Virus record (IMG/VR): IMGVR_UViG_3300048599_000915
Coordinates: 1 to 39,156 of that record
Reading direction: 5' to 3' (one strand)
DNA: 39,156 nt
From: a virus
Taxonomy: Duplodnaviria; Caudoviricetes
Part shown: positions 15,734 to 25,104 of the stretch, in pieces
Layout: each line of letters starts with the position of its first letter
Numbering within the stretch: the first letter of the stretch is position 1
The notes under the pieces: generated by a model
Told to the model about the DNA's origin: nothing
Databases searched by the model: none
What the model saw: the letters and a program-made list of their open reading frames with translations, nothing else
Position numbers and translations under genes: made by a program

Positions 15734-17874
15734 TGACCGACGAGGACCTGCAGGCGATCATCGCGTCCGAGCTTGAGGACGCCATCTCGTTCATCGACAG
15801 CGATATTGGCCCCGAGCGGGCCAAGGCGGTCGACTACTACTTCGGGCGGCCGTTTGGCGACGAGGAGGAGGGCCGCTCCAAGGTCGTCAGCCGCGACGTC
15901 CACGACATGATCCAGGCGGCCCTGCCGAGCCTGATGCGCATGTTCTTCGGGCCGGAACGGGTGGTCGAGTTCGGTGGCCGTGGCGCCGAGGACGAAGCCC
16001 TGGCCGCCCAGATCACCGACTACATCGGGTACATCGTCACCCAGGATAACCCCGGCTTCGAGGTGTTCCTGGCGGCGATCAAGAACGCCCTTCGGGAGAA
16101 GGTCGGTTTCGTCAAATACTGGTGGGACGACAGCGTCAAGGTCACCACCAAGCGGTTCACCGGCTTGGATGACATGGCGTTGGCTCAGCTCGACCAGGAG
16201 GTCGAGGAAGCCGGCGGCGAGATCGTCGAGTCCCATCAGGGCGAGCCCACGCTGGATCCTGCGACCCAGACCGAGGGGCCCGGCCTGTGGTCGGTCAAGG
16301 TCCGGCTGAAGGCCAAGCGCGACCTGCCACGGATTGAGGCCGTGCCTCCCGAGGAACTGCTGATCTCCCGCCGCGCGCGGGCCCTCGATACCGCGCCGCT
16401 GGTGGCGCATCGGACCATGAAGACCGTGTCCGACTTGGTCGCCATGGGGCTCGATCGCGACCTCGTCGAAGCGGCCGTGTCGGACGCCGACGATCTGAAG
16501 GGCAGCGAGGAGCGGCTGGCCCGTAACCCGCATAGCGACGGCCTCGACACCTCCGCCGTCGACCCGTCGATGCGAGAGGTCCTCTACATAGAGGCCTACC
16601 CGCTGGTGGACTTCGACGACGATGGGATCGCCGAACTCCGGAAGGTCTGCACCATCGGCACGGCCTACAAGATCGTGGTCAACGAGGAGGTCGACGAGCG
16701 CCCGTTCGCCGATTTTCACGTCGACCCGGAGCCGCACACCTTCTTCGGCGAGAGCCTGGCCGACAAGACCATGGACGTGCAGGGCATCAAGTCCCGCGTC
16801 CTGCGCGCCGGCTTGGACAGCTTGGCGATGTCCAACTTCCCGCGCATGCGGGTTGGGACTGGAGGCAATCTCGACGACGCCCTGAACACCGAGATCGGCG
16901 CCATTCTTCGGGGCAACGCCGGCGACTACGAGGCGATTACCACGCCCGACCTGTCCGGCGCGGCCATGCCCTACCTGTCCTACATGGACGAGCTGCGGGA
17001 GAACCGCACCGGCATGTCCAAGGTCTCGATGGGCCTGGACGCCACCGCCCTGCAGAACACCACCGCCACGGCGGCGGAGGGCCAGTTCACGCGGTCGCAG
17101 GAGCGGATCGAACTCTACGGACGAATCCTCGCCTCGGGCATCCGGCGGCTGTATCGCGGCCTGCTGCATCTGGTCGTCGAGAACCAGCGCAAGGAGCGCG
17201 TGGTCCAGCTCCGCAACAAGTGGGTGCCGATCAACCCGTCGGCCTGGCGCACGGACATGGACGTCAAGTGCACCCTCGGGCTCGGCGGCGGCACACCACA
17301 GGAGAAGATGGCGCGGCTGACGCTCATCGCGCAGAAGCAGGAACAGATCATCCAGACCCTGGGGCTGGTGAACCCGCTGGTGACGGTGGGTCAATACCGC
17401 CACACCCTGGCGAAGATGATCGAGCTGGGCGGCGAAAGCCCCGACGCGTTCTTCATGGACCCGACGTCGGAGGAGGCGCAGCAGCAACTCGCCCAGATGC
17501 AGCAGAAGCCGGATCCGAAGATGGCGGAGGCGCAGCAGCGGCTCCAGGTCGAACAGCTCAAGATCGACGGGCAGTTGAAGCTGCAGGCCGCCAAGGTGCA
17601 GGGCGAGTTGGAGATCACCCGGGCCAAGACAGCCGCGGACATCGAAACCCAGCGCCAGCGGGGCGCCATGGAGCTTCAGCTTCAGCGCGACCTCGCCAGC
17701 GTCAAGGCGCAAGGCGAGCGCGACCAGGCCGCCGCCGAACTCGACCTGAAAAAGCAGGAGATGGACATGGAGTTCGCCCTGAAGGCGGAAGACCAGGCCC
17801 GTTCAAACCTGCTCCGGACGTCCGGGCCAAGCTCTGCGATTGACGGACCCACGGTGGGAGGGGCGCCGGGCTGA
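15730..17874 (+). CDS. Portal protein (P22-like, with C-terminal coiled-coil barrel)
   Basis: DYYFGRPFGDEEEGRSKVVSRDV...EPHTFFGES; 714 aa; position after terL. Confidence 0.92.
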   Translation: MMTDEDLQAIIASELEDAISFIDSDIGPERAKAVDYYFGRPFGDEEEGRSKVVSRDVHDMIQAALPSLMRMFFGPERVVEFGGRGAEDEALAAQITDYIGYIVTQDNPGFEVFLAAIKNALREKVGFVKYWWDDSVKVTTKRFTGLDDMALAQLDQEVEEAGGEIVESHQGEPTLDPATQTEGPGLWSVKVRLKAKRDLPRIEAVPPEELLISRRARALDTAPLVAHRTMKTVSDLVAMGLDRDLVEAAVSDADDLKGSEERLARNPHSDGLDTSAVDPSMREVLYIEAYPLVDFDDDGIAELRKVCTIGTAYKIVVNEEVDERPFADFHVDPEPHTFFGESLADKTMDVQGIKSRVLRAGLDSLAMSNFPRMRVGTGGNLDDALNTEIGAILRGNAGDYEAITTPDLSGAAMPYLSYMDELRENRTGMSKVSMGLDATALQNTTATAAEGQFTRSQERIELYGRILASGIRRLYRGLLHLVVENQRKERVVQLRNKWVPINPSAWRTDMDVKCTLGLGGGTPQEKMARLTLIAQKQEQIIQTLGLVNPLVTVGQYRHTLAKMIELGGESPDAFFMDPTSEEAQQQLAQMQQKPDPKMAEAQQRLQVEQLKIDGQLKLQAAKVQGELEITRAKTAADIETQRQRGAMELQLQRDLASVKAQGERDQAAAELDLKKQEMDMEFALKAEDQARSNLLRTSGPSSAIDGPTVGGAPG

Positions 17875-18095
17875 TGACCGACAACCTGGTGAAGCTGGAA
17901 CTGGTGACCGTGGGGGACGGATTTCGTTTCGACCCCAACGAGGTGTTGGAGCAAGCCAAGGCGCGGGGGTTCACCAATCTCGTCATCATCGGCGAGCTGC
18001 CCGGAGAGGACGACCTCTACGTCGCGGGCATGGCGAACGCGGGCGAGGCCTTGATCCTGATGGAAAAGGCCAAGCTCCAGGTCATCAAGGGCTGA
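17874..18095 (+). CDS. Hypothetical protein (73 aa)
   Basis: TGATG-coupled; typical codon usage. Confidence 0.75.
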   Translation: MTDNLVKLELVTVGDGFRFDPNEVLEQAKARGFTNLVIIGELPGEDDLYVAGMANAGEALILMEKAKLQVIKG

Positions 18096-18099
18096 ACTG

Positions 18100-18378
18100 A
18101 TGTCCGACGACCGTATCGCCGCAATCATCAGCCGTGGTCGCGCCGCCGGCGCCGTCCTGAGCAACGAAACGGTGGTCAGGGCCTTCGATTACATCACCGA
18201 GCGCCTGCAGGCTGAATGGCGGTCGACCGCGGCGGCCCAGGCCCAGCACCGCGAGGCGCTGTTCCACCAGATCGCCGGCCTCGATGCCGTGCGGGCCCAA
18301 CTGAAGCAGTGGGCCGACGCAGCGAAATTCGAACAAGCCCGCCTCGACAAGGCGGAGGAGCGCCGCCCCCGGCGCTGA
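18100..18378 (+). CDS. Conserved head-module hypothetical protein (92 aa)
   Basis: Helical ORF between portal and scaffold. Confidence 0.75.
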   Translation: MSDDRIAAIISRGRAAGAVLSNETVVRAFDYITERLQAEWRSTAAAQAQHREALFHQIAGLDAVRAQLKQWADAAKFEQARLDKAEERRPRR

Positions 18379-18425
18379 GCTTCTAGCGGTGACGCTTCGG
18401 CAGCCGCGCAACCTGAGAGACCAAC

Positions 18426-19445
18426 ATGTCTGATACGTCCGGCGACGCGCAAGCAACCGGCGGAACGGTGGCGGATGCCGCCGCGGCCTTTGAAGCCATG
18501 CTAACCCGAGATGAGGGCGACAGCAGCGGCGATAAGGCGTTGAAGGGCCGAAAGGCCAAGCCGGCCCCGGCCGACGACGAGATCGACGACGACCTACCCC
18601 CGGAAGACGACGCCCACGGCGCCGGCGGGGATGACGACGACGAGATCGACGACGAACCGGGCGCCGACGACGAGTCCGAACTCGACGAGGAAGACGACGA
18701 CAGCGAGCAGCAGCCTCAACGGAAGTTCAAGGTCAAGGTAAACGGCCAGGAACTTGAGGTGACGCAGGACGAGCTCGTCCGAGGCTACCAGCGGGAACAG
18801 GACTACAGCCGCAAGACGATGGAACTCGGCGAGGCCCGCAAGGCCCACGACACCGAGGTCCAGGCGGTGCGGCAGGAGCGGGAGACCTACGGGAAGCTTC
18901 TTCCCCAGCTTCGTTCCTACATCGAAAACCAGTACGGCTCGAAAGAGCTTGAGGATCTCCGGGATACCAACCCAGGCGAATGGGCGGCCCGGTCCCAAGA
19001 GCTTCGAGAGCAGCACGCGGCGACGGTGGCGGAGGAAGAACGCCTCGCTGAGGCGGAGAAGAAGCACCAGGCCGACGAGTTCGCCGCCAAGCGGAAAGCA
19101 GAAATGCAGACGCTGGCGGAGAAGCTCCCGGCCCTGAAGGACCCCAAGTACGCCAAGGCCCTGGTGGAATACATCAAGGGCCAGGGCGCGTCGGCCGACG
19201 AGCTGGAAGGCCTGGTCGACCATCGCATCTGGCTGGCCTTCGACAAGGCCCGCCGCTTCGATGCGCTGGAAGCCCGGCGGCCCAAGGCTCAGGCCCGGGC
19301 AGAAACCGTGAAAACGGCCCAACCCGGCGGCGGCCAGCGGCAACAGTCCAAGGTCACCGAGATCACCCGCTCCAAACAACGCCTCGCCAAGACCGGGCGC
19401 GTCCAGGACGCCGCCGCGGTCTTTGAACGAATGCTTCCTGATTAG
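18426..19445 (+). CDS. Scaffolding protein
   Basis: Acidic N-terminus, FKVKVNGQELEVTQDELVRGYQREQDYSRKT, coiled coils; upstream of the capsid gene. Confidence 0.88.
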   Translation: MSDTSGDAQATGGTVADAAAAFEAMLTRDEGDSSGDKALKGRKAKPAPADDEIDDDLPPEDDAHGAGGDDDDEIDDEPGADDESELDEEDDDSEQQPQRKFKVKVNGQELEVTQDELVRGYQREQDYSRKTMELGEARKAHDTEVQAVRQERETYGKLLPQLRSYIENQYGSKELEDLRDTNPGEWAARSQELREQHAATVAEEERLAEAEKKHQADEFAAKRKAEMQTLAEKLPALKDPKYAKALVEYIKGQGASADELEGLVDHRIWLAFDKARRFDALEARRPKAQARAETVKTAQPGGGQRQQSKVTEITRSKQRLAKTGRVQDAAAVFERMLPD

Positions 19446-19456
19446 AGGAGGGCCAC

Positions 19457-20425
19457 ATGGCCGCCCCCACCAACACCTTCACCAAGTACGACGCCGTCGG
19501 CAACCGCGAGGACCTGTCCGACACCATCTACAACATCAGCCCGACCGAAACCCCGTTCGTCACCAACGCCGACAAGAAGAAGGCCGACAACACCTTCTTC
19601 GAGTGGCAGACCGACGCCCTGGCGGCGGCCGTGACCACCAACGCCCAGGTCGAAGGCGATGTCGTCACCTCGGCGGCGATCACCCCGACCACCCGCGTCG
19701 GCAACTACACCCAGATCCTGCACAAGCCCTTCACCATCTCGGGCACCAACGAGGCGGTGAAGAAGGCGGGTCGCAAGTCCGAGCAGGCCTATCAAATGGC
19801 CAAGCAGGGCAAGGAGCTGAAGCGCGACATGGAGGCGACCTTCACCTCCAAGCAGGTGGGGGTCTCCGGCGGCAACACCACTGCCCGCAAGACCGCAGCC
19901 TTCGATAGCTGGCTGAAGACGAACCGCAACAACGGGAACGGCGGCACCGGCGATTACGCCTACACCACCACCCCGATCACCGCACGCACCGCGGCCACCA
20001 CCGGCAATATCCGCACCTGGACGGAGACGATCTTCAAGGACGTCATCTCCCAGTCGTGGACGTCCGGCGGCGAGGCCGACACCGTCCTCGTGGGCGCCTT
20101 CCAGAAGGGCAAGGCTTCCGGGTTCGCCGGCATCGCGGATCAGCGCCACGAGACCGGCGAGAAGAACATCAAGATCATCGGTGGCGCCGATGTCTACGTG
20201 TCCGACTTCGGCAACCTAGCGTTCCTCCCGGACCGCTTCATGCCGGCCGATCTCGCCTACCACGTCGACTTCGAGCACGTTTCGATCGCCACTCTCCGTC
20301 CGTTCCACGACGAGGAGCTGGCGAAGACGGCCGACGGCCGCAACTTCGTGATCCGCGTCGAAGCCGGCCTGCAGGTCGACAACGAGGCGGCCCACGGCGT
20401 GGCGCGCGATCTCGCCACTTCGTAA
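19457..20425 (+). CDS. Major capsid protein (SU10/DUF5309-like)
   Basis: GNREDLSDTIYNISPTETPF...EWQTD...NYTQI...ELKRDME; GGAGG SD. Confidence 0.92.
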   Translation: MAAPTNTFTKYDAVGNREDLSDTIYNISPTETPFVTNADKKKADNTFFEWQTDALAAAVTTNAQVEGDVVTSAAITPTTRVGNYTQILHKPFTISGTNEAVKKAGRKSEQAYQMAKQGKELKRDMEATFTSKQVGVSGGNTTARKTAAFDSWLKTNRNNGNGGTGDYAYTTTPITARTAATTGNIRTWTETIFKDVISQSWTSGGEADTVLVGAFQKGKASGFAGIADQRHETGEKNIKIIGGADVYVSDFGNLAFLPDRFMPADLAYHVDFEHVSIATLRPFHDEELAKTADGRNFVIRVEAGLQVDNEAAHGVARDLATS

Positions 20426-20446
20426 CGGCGGCGAAAATTGATGCGC

Positions 20447-20473
20447 GGGCGGCCCTTCGGGGTCGCCCTTTTC
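20447..20473 (+). terminator. Intrinsic terminator after the capsid gene
   Basis: GGGCGGCCC-TTCG-GGGTCGCCC-TTTT. Confidence 0.8.
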
Positions 20474-20486
20474 GCATGGAGGCCTG

Positions 20487-20801
20487 ATGGGCGGACGATT
20501 CTTCGACTACGACCCGTTCACCGGGATCCTCGAAAAATTCCACTACAACGAGGACGACGACACCTTCCTGATCGAGGCGATCCAGGACACCACCGCCATC
20601 GAGGAGGCGGCCAAGACGTCGTTCAACTCCTACGACTCGCCCCGCGACCGATGGGGCGATTACCAGCGCGTGGCGCACATCCCGAATGTGATCCTGCAGG
20701 ACCTGATGCTCAGCGGAAAGCTGAAGGACCAGGCCTACATGAAGCGCTGGCTCAACGATCCCGACAACGCGGTCTTCCGCACCCGGCCTGGGAGGGTCTG
20801 A
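20487..20801 (+). CDS. Conserved head-associated hypothetical protein (104 aa)
   Basis: RVAHIP...KRWLNDPDNAVFRTRPGRV motif; GGAGG SD. Confidence 0.85.
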   Translation: MGGRFFDYDPFTGILEKFHYNEDDDTFLIEAIQDTTAIEEAAKTSFNSYDSPRDRWGDYQRVAHIPNVILQDLMLSGKLKDQAYMKRWLNDPDNAVFRTRPGRV

Positions 20802-21490
20802 TGCCTATGCCCAAGGTGAAGGTCGGCGTTCCGGCCCGCGACACGGTCATGACGGGGTTTTTCCACTCCGCAGCGCTGATGATTGCCCGTTCCGCCATTC
20901 AGGGCGTCGACATCGGGCTGACGACCTCGTCGGGCACGCTGATCTGTGACCAGCGCAACAACCTGGTTCAGGCGACCCTCGACGAGGGCATCGACTGGCT
21001 TCTGTTCCTCGACAGCGACATGCGCTTCCCGAGCGACACGCTGCTGCGCCTGCTGGCTCGCAACGCGCCCATCGTGACCTGCAACTACACCAGCCGCCGG
21101 CCGCCGGCCGAGCCCATCGCGTTCAAGCGAATCGGGACCCTGGAGAAGCTCTACACCGACGAGGACAGCACCGGGGTGGAGGCTTGCGCCGCCAATGGCA
21201 TGGGCGTCGCCCTGATCCACCGCACGGTGTTCGAACAGGTCCCCAAGCCCTGGTTCTACATCCCCTACGTTCCCGAGAAGGACGGCTTTTGGGGTGAGGA
21301 CGTCTGGTTCTGCAACGCCGCCCGTAAGGCTGGCTTCGACATCCTGGTCGATCACGACCTCTCCAAGGAGATCGGCCACCTCGGGATCCGCGAATACACC
21401 TGGCAGGACGCCGCGCTGATGAAGGAGGACGTCCAGGCTATCTGGCGCCGCGAGCAGGCCGCACTCGCCCCGCCGACGGCGGCCGAGTAG
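20801..21490 (+). CDS. GT-A fold (family 2-like) glycosyltransferase
   Basis: RNNLV...WLLFLDSDM (DxD), GMGVALIHRTVFE, GEDVWFC...AGF...VD...GH. Confidence 0.88.
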   Translation: MPMPKVKVGVPARDTVMTGFFHSAALMIARSAIQGVDIGLTTSSGTLICDQRNNLVQATLDEGIDWLLFLDSDMRFPSDTLLRLLARNAPIVTCNYTSRRPPAEPIAFKRIGTLEKLYTDEDSTGVEACAANGMGVALIHRTVFEQVPKPWFYIPYVPEKDGFWGEDVWFCNAARKAGFDILVDHDLSKEIGHLGIREYTWQDAALMKEDVQAIWRREQAALAPPTAAE

Positions 21491-21494
21491 CGCC

Positions 21495-22112
21495 ATGACG
21501 CTCCGGACCTATGCCGGCATCCTGGCGGCCACCCCTCGCCAGTTCTTCAACTCGACGCAGCTCACCGAAACGGTGGTGGCCGAGTGCATCGAGCAGGCCG
21601 AGAGCTGGCTGAACCGCCGGGTCGACGTGCGCCGGAAGGTGTCGCTGCAGAAGGGGCCGATCACCGAAGAGTTCGCCGCTCTGCCCGACGACTATTCGGG
21701 GGTCCGCTCATTCAAGATCGACGGGTTTGATGCGCTCGACTTCATCACGCCGGAGGAGATGGCTGAGCGTAAGGCGGGCGACTATCGCGCCGCCGGACGG
21801 CCTCTCGCTTACACCATCGTGGACGACATGTTCGAGTTCGGTCCGGCGCCGGACGGGACCTACTATTCCACCCTGTTGATCCGCCTCCGCTTGACGCCGA
21901 TCTCGGCCTCCAACCCCAGCAACTGGGTCACGCTGGACCACCCCGATGTCTATTTCGCCGGGGTCTGCTGGTACGCAGCCCGATATCTCGACGATGACCG
22001 CGAGGACAAATACCGCGCCAGCTTCGAGGCCGGCATCGACGATATCAACACCTCCGGCAAGACAGAGAGTTTCGCCGGGCCCCTCGTGATGCGGCCGAAG
22101 CGAGCCTTCTGA
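21495..22112 (+). CDS. Head-tail adaptor
   Basis: IEQAESWLNRR...ALPDDY...GRPLAYTI...FGPAPD...SNWVTLDHPDVY. Confidence 0.8.
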   Translation: MTLRTYAGILAATPRQFFNSTQLTETVVAECIEQAESWLNRRVDVRRKVSLQKGPITEEFAALPDDYSGVRSFKIDGFDALDFITPEEMAERKAGDYRAAGRPLAYTIVDDMFEFGPAPDGTYYSTLLIRLRLTPISASNPSNWVTLDHPDVYFAGVCWYAARYLDDDREDKYRASFEAGIDDINTSGKTESFAGPLVMRPKRAF

Positions 22113-23464
22113 TGGCGGCCCTCACCCTCGACATGTGCGGATGCCGGATCGCATCCGCGAATGGCCCCGTGCTCTACCTCGGGAGCCGCCTGGAGTACGG
22201 CGGCACGGAGTTCCTGACCTTCGCCGAGCACCCGGCGGTTCAGAACGGTGCGCTCTACGCCATCCACGTCCAGGATGGGCGGGGGTGGATGCGCGCCTCT
22301 GCCGTTTACGACAAGACGGCCAACGCCCTCACGATCCAAGCCCCGGTGCTCGCCTTGAGCGCGGATGGTGCGGTCCAGACCGCGATCCTCAGCCTCTCCT
22401 CGCACGCCTTCGTCACTGCTGTTCAGCGTGCGGAAGACCTCGCCTCGCAGGCCGTCCTGCAGGCGGCGGTGGACGCCAGCGCGATCAGCGCCTCGCAGGC
22501 GGCCGACAGCGCCAGCGCGGCCCAGACAGCGGCGGAAGCTGCGGAAGCCGCCGCTGAAGTCGCTGACCCGTCCGACCGGGTTCTCCGGGCAGGCGACACG
22601 ATGGGCGGGGCCCTGAACTTCAAGATGGCAACCGTCGCCTCGCACGCCACCACGGCCCCGATCTGGGCTGGCACGGGCGGAAGCAGCGGCAACCTGATCG
22701 ACTTCACCGGCACCGCGACGATCACTGACTTCCCCGATGCGCCCCAGGCTGGAGCCGAGCGGGCGCTGGTCTGCGCTGGCGCCTGCACCTTCACCAACAA
22801 CGGCAACATCGCCGTGCAAGGTGGCCGAAACTACACGGCAGAGGCCGGCGATATAGTCGTCATCCGTGCTCTCACCGTCTCCACCTTCAAGGCCACCATC
22901 ATCCGGCAGAGCGATGTTCCGCTCGTGCGTGGGACCGCCGGCCTGTTCTGGGGCGCGAACGGCACGGGCGCCGACGCCAGCTTCCAGGCCGTCCCGAACT
23001 TCCGCAACATCGAGATCTTCACCACCTCGGGCACCTTCACCAAGCCGGCCACCGTCGGCCGGGTATGGCGGAAGATCGTCGATGGCGGTCAAGGCGGCTA
23101 CGCGACCGCAACCGGCTCGACCTACGCGGGCGCCGGCGGGAAGGGTGGTGACGTCGCCGAGGGCTTCGAGGACATCACTGGGAACGTCACCGTCACGGTG
23201 GGTTCGGGCGGCGCGGGCGGCATCGGCGGCCAGAGCGGCGGCGCTCCGGGTGCGGGGGGTCTAAGCTCGTTCGGATCCAGCACCACGGCCTCGCCGGGGG
23301 CGATGTCGGTCAAGCGCGCCGGCAAGACCCCTCAGGCATACCCCTGGGTCGATCCCGATGGGGGAAGCGCCGGAGACGGCTCCAACAGCAACGGCAAGGG
23401 CGGCACCGGGGTCATCGGCACGGCGACCGCCGGCTCCGCTGGCATCGTGATCGTGATGTACTGA
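22112..23464 (+). CDS. Tail fibre/spike with glycine-rich C-terminal domain
   Basis: Ala-rich coiled coil, AGDTMGGAL, FTTSGTFTKP and Gly-rich ...AGIVIVMY. Confidence 0.75.
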   Translation: MAALTLDMCGCRIASANGPVLYLGSRLEYGGTEFLTFAEHPAVQNGALYAIHVQDGRGWMRASAVYDKTANALTIQAPVLALSADGAVQTAILSLSSHAFVTAVQRAEDLASQAVLQAAVDASAISASQAADSASAAQTAAEAAEAAAEVADPSDRVLRAGDTMGGALNFKMATVASHATTAPIWAGTGGSSGNLIDFTGTATITDFPDAPQAGAERALVCAGACTFTNNGNIAVQGGRNYTAEAGDIVVIRALTVSTFKATIIRQSDVPLVRGTAGLFWGANGTGADASFQAVPNFRNIEIFTTSGTFTKPATVGRVWRKIVDGGQGGYATATGSTYAGAGGKGGDVAEGFEDITGNVTVTVGSGGAGGIGGQSGGAPGAGGLSSFGSSTTASPGAMSVKRAGKTPQAYPWVDPDGGSAGDGSNSNGKGGTGVIGTATAGSAGIVIVMY

Positions 23465-23465
23465 C

Positions 23466-24104
23466 ATGCGCGTAGCCAAGATCGACCTCAACGCTGGTTC
23501 CGCTGGCGCCCGCCCCGTCGTCAATATCGAGGAGTGGTCGAGTGCACCGGCCGATGACACGGACTTCGCATATCGGGAAGCCGGCGACGAAGTATCGCTC
23601 GACTGGACCTGGGACGGGACCGACTTCAACGCCCCGGAGCCCACGGCCGAGCAGCGCAAGGAAGACGCCTACGAGATTTGCCGGGCCAAGCTGGCCGACG
23701 AGCTGGCCCAGCCCTGGGAAATCGACTGGGAAGAGCTGATCGGCGGAGAGATCCAGAAGAAGGACACGCTGGGCGTCTCCACCGACGCCGGCATCCTGCA
23801 GTACCCGTCGTTCGGCTCCGCCACCGTCGCGGAAATCCAGCTCTCGATCCTTGGCCTGGCCATGATCACGGACAGCCATGGCGACGACCCCATCGCCGGG
23901 TTTCGCGACCTGTCGGACGCCTACGAGCTGCAGGTCACCGCCAGTCAGTTCGTCTTTTACTTCAACAGCCGCACCGCGATCGCCAACGACTACCGCACCT
24001 ACATCGCGGGCGTCGTGAACTACATCGCCTCCCTCCCGGATGACGAGAGCCTCGGGGGCGGCATCGCCTCGGCGCTGGAGTTCTCCGGCGCGCCCTGGCC
24101 GTAG
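23466..24104 (+). CDS. Tail-fibre-associated (assembly-like) protein
   Basis: VVNIEEW...WTWDGTDFNAP N-terminus; follows the fibre gene. Confidence 0.6.
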   Translation: MRVAKIDLNAGSAGARPVVNIEEWSSAPADDTDFAYREAGDEVSLDWTWDGTDFNAPEPTAEQRKEDAYEICRAKLADELAQPWEIDWEELIGGEIQKKDTLGVSTDAGILQYPSFGSATVAEIQLSILGLAMITDSHGDDPIAGFRDLSDAYELQVTASQFVFYFNSRTAIANDYRTYIAGVVNYIASLPDDESLGGGIASALEFSGAPWP

Positions 24105-24125
24105 GCCGCACCACAGGACATCGCC

Positions 24126-24392
24126 ATGCCGCGACAGAGCGTAACGACCCCGCTTCGGGTCGAGACGTCGCTTGAGCACGTCTTCATGCCCGGCTGTCGG
24201 GCCTGCGGGCACAAGCACCCCAAGGCCTACATGCCGCCGCTGGACACCGATGCGTGCCCAGGCTGCGGCGCGCCTGTCGCGAAGATCCGCGAGGAGCGCG
24301 GCCTGGCCATCATCCACGATCTCGCCCTGCGTATCGGGGCGGCTCTCCTTGCCGGCGGCCGGTGGCTGTTCGGCCTTTCCCAGAAGGTCTGA
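24126..24392 (+). CDS. Small Zn-ribbon protein (CxxC...CxxC) with hydrophobic C-terminus
   Basis: CRACG...CPGCG; AGGA SD. Confidence 0.65.
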   Translation: MPRQSVTTPLRVETSLEHVFMPGCRACGHKHPKAYMPPLDTDACPGCGAPVAKIREERGLAIIHDLALRIGAALLAGGRWLFGLSQKV

Positions 24393-24397
24393 CCCCC

Positions 24398-24634
24398 ATG
24401 CAGCTTCGCTTCACCGTCAACTCGTGCGCCGTGGTCAAAATCCCGGTGCAGTTCACCATGCCCAACGGCACGCCTGTCGAGGCGGAGGCCCGCGGCGTGA
24501 TTGTCGAACTCGTCCCTGAGGTCGGGGACTTCGGCCAAACCCTCCGCTTCGTGCCGGAGGACATCAACGCCGCTCTTGCCGAGTACGCGCCCGGCACGGT
24601 CGTGACCGCCACCTATGAGACGGAGCAAGCCTGA
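24398..24634 (+). CDS. Hypothetical beta-rich protein (78 aa)
   Basis: MQLRFTVNSC...; TGATG coupling to the next gene. Confidence 0.7.
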   Translation: MQLRFTVNSCAVVKIPVQFTMPNGTPVEAEARGVIVELVPEVGDFGQTLRFVPEDINAALAEYAPGTVVTATYETEQA

Positions 24635-25098
24635 TGGCTGACATCGCCTTCCCGGCCTACGGGTCGAAGAACAACATTCTGGCCGATCTGGTCCGCAAGG
24701 GCCTGGTGGCGCTGGCCACGGCGTTCACCAACGCCGGCGCCGCGATCATCACGAACCGGATCATTCAGGCAGGCACGGCGCCGAAGTATATCGGCTGGGG
24801 CACCGGCACGACCACGGCGGCGGTGGGGCAGACCGCCCTCGTGACCGAGGCTGCGCCGACGACTTCCGGCGGCCGGACCACGGGCACGGAAAGCCGCACC
24901 ACGATCTCTCAGACCAACGACAACTGGCAAAACCAGGGGACGGTCACCGCTGGCGGCACGCTGGCGATCACCGAGTCCGCGACGTTCGATGCGGTGTCGT
25001 CCGGCAACATGCTGATCCGCGGCGACTTCAGCGCCGTGAACGTGGTCTCCGGCGACAGCATCCAGTTCACTTTCGGCCTGAAGATGGTCCCGGCGTAA
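24634..25098 (+). CDS. Virion structural protein (fibre/filament subunit-like)
   Basis: YIGWGTGTT...TALVTE...AITESATFDA.SSGNML...VNVVSGDSIQFTF. Confidence 0.75.
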   Translation: MADIAFPAYGSKNNILADLVRKGLVALATAFTNAGAAIITNRIIQAGTAPKYIGWGTGTTTAAVGQTALVTEAAPTTSGGRTTGTESRTTISQTNDNWQNQGTVTAGGTLAITESATFDAVSSGNMLIRGDFSAVNVVSGDSIQFTFGLKMVPA

Positions 25099-25104
25099 GG
25101 CGCC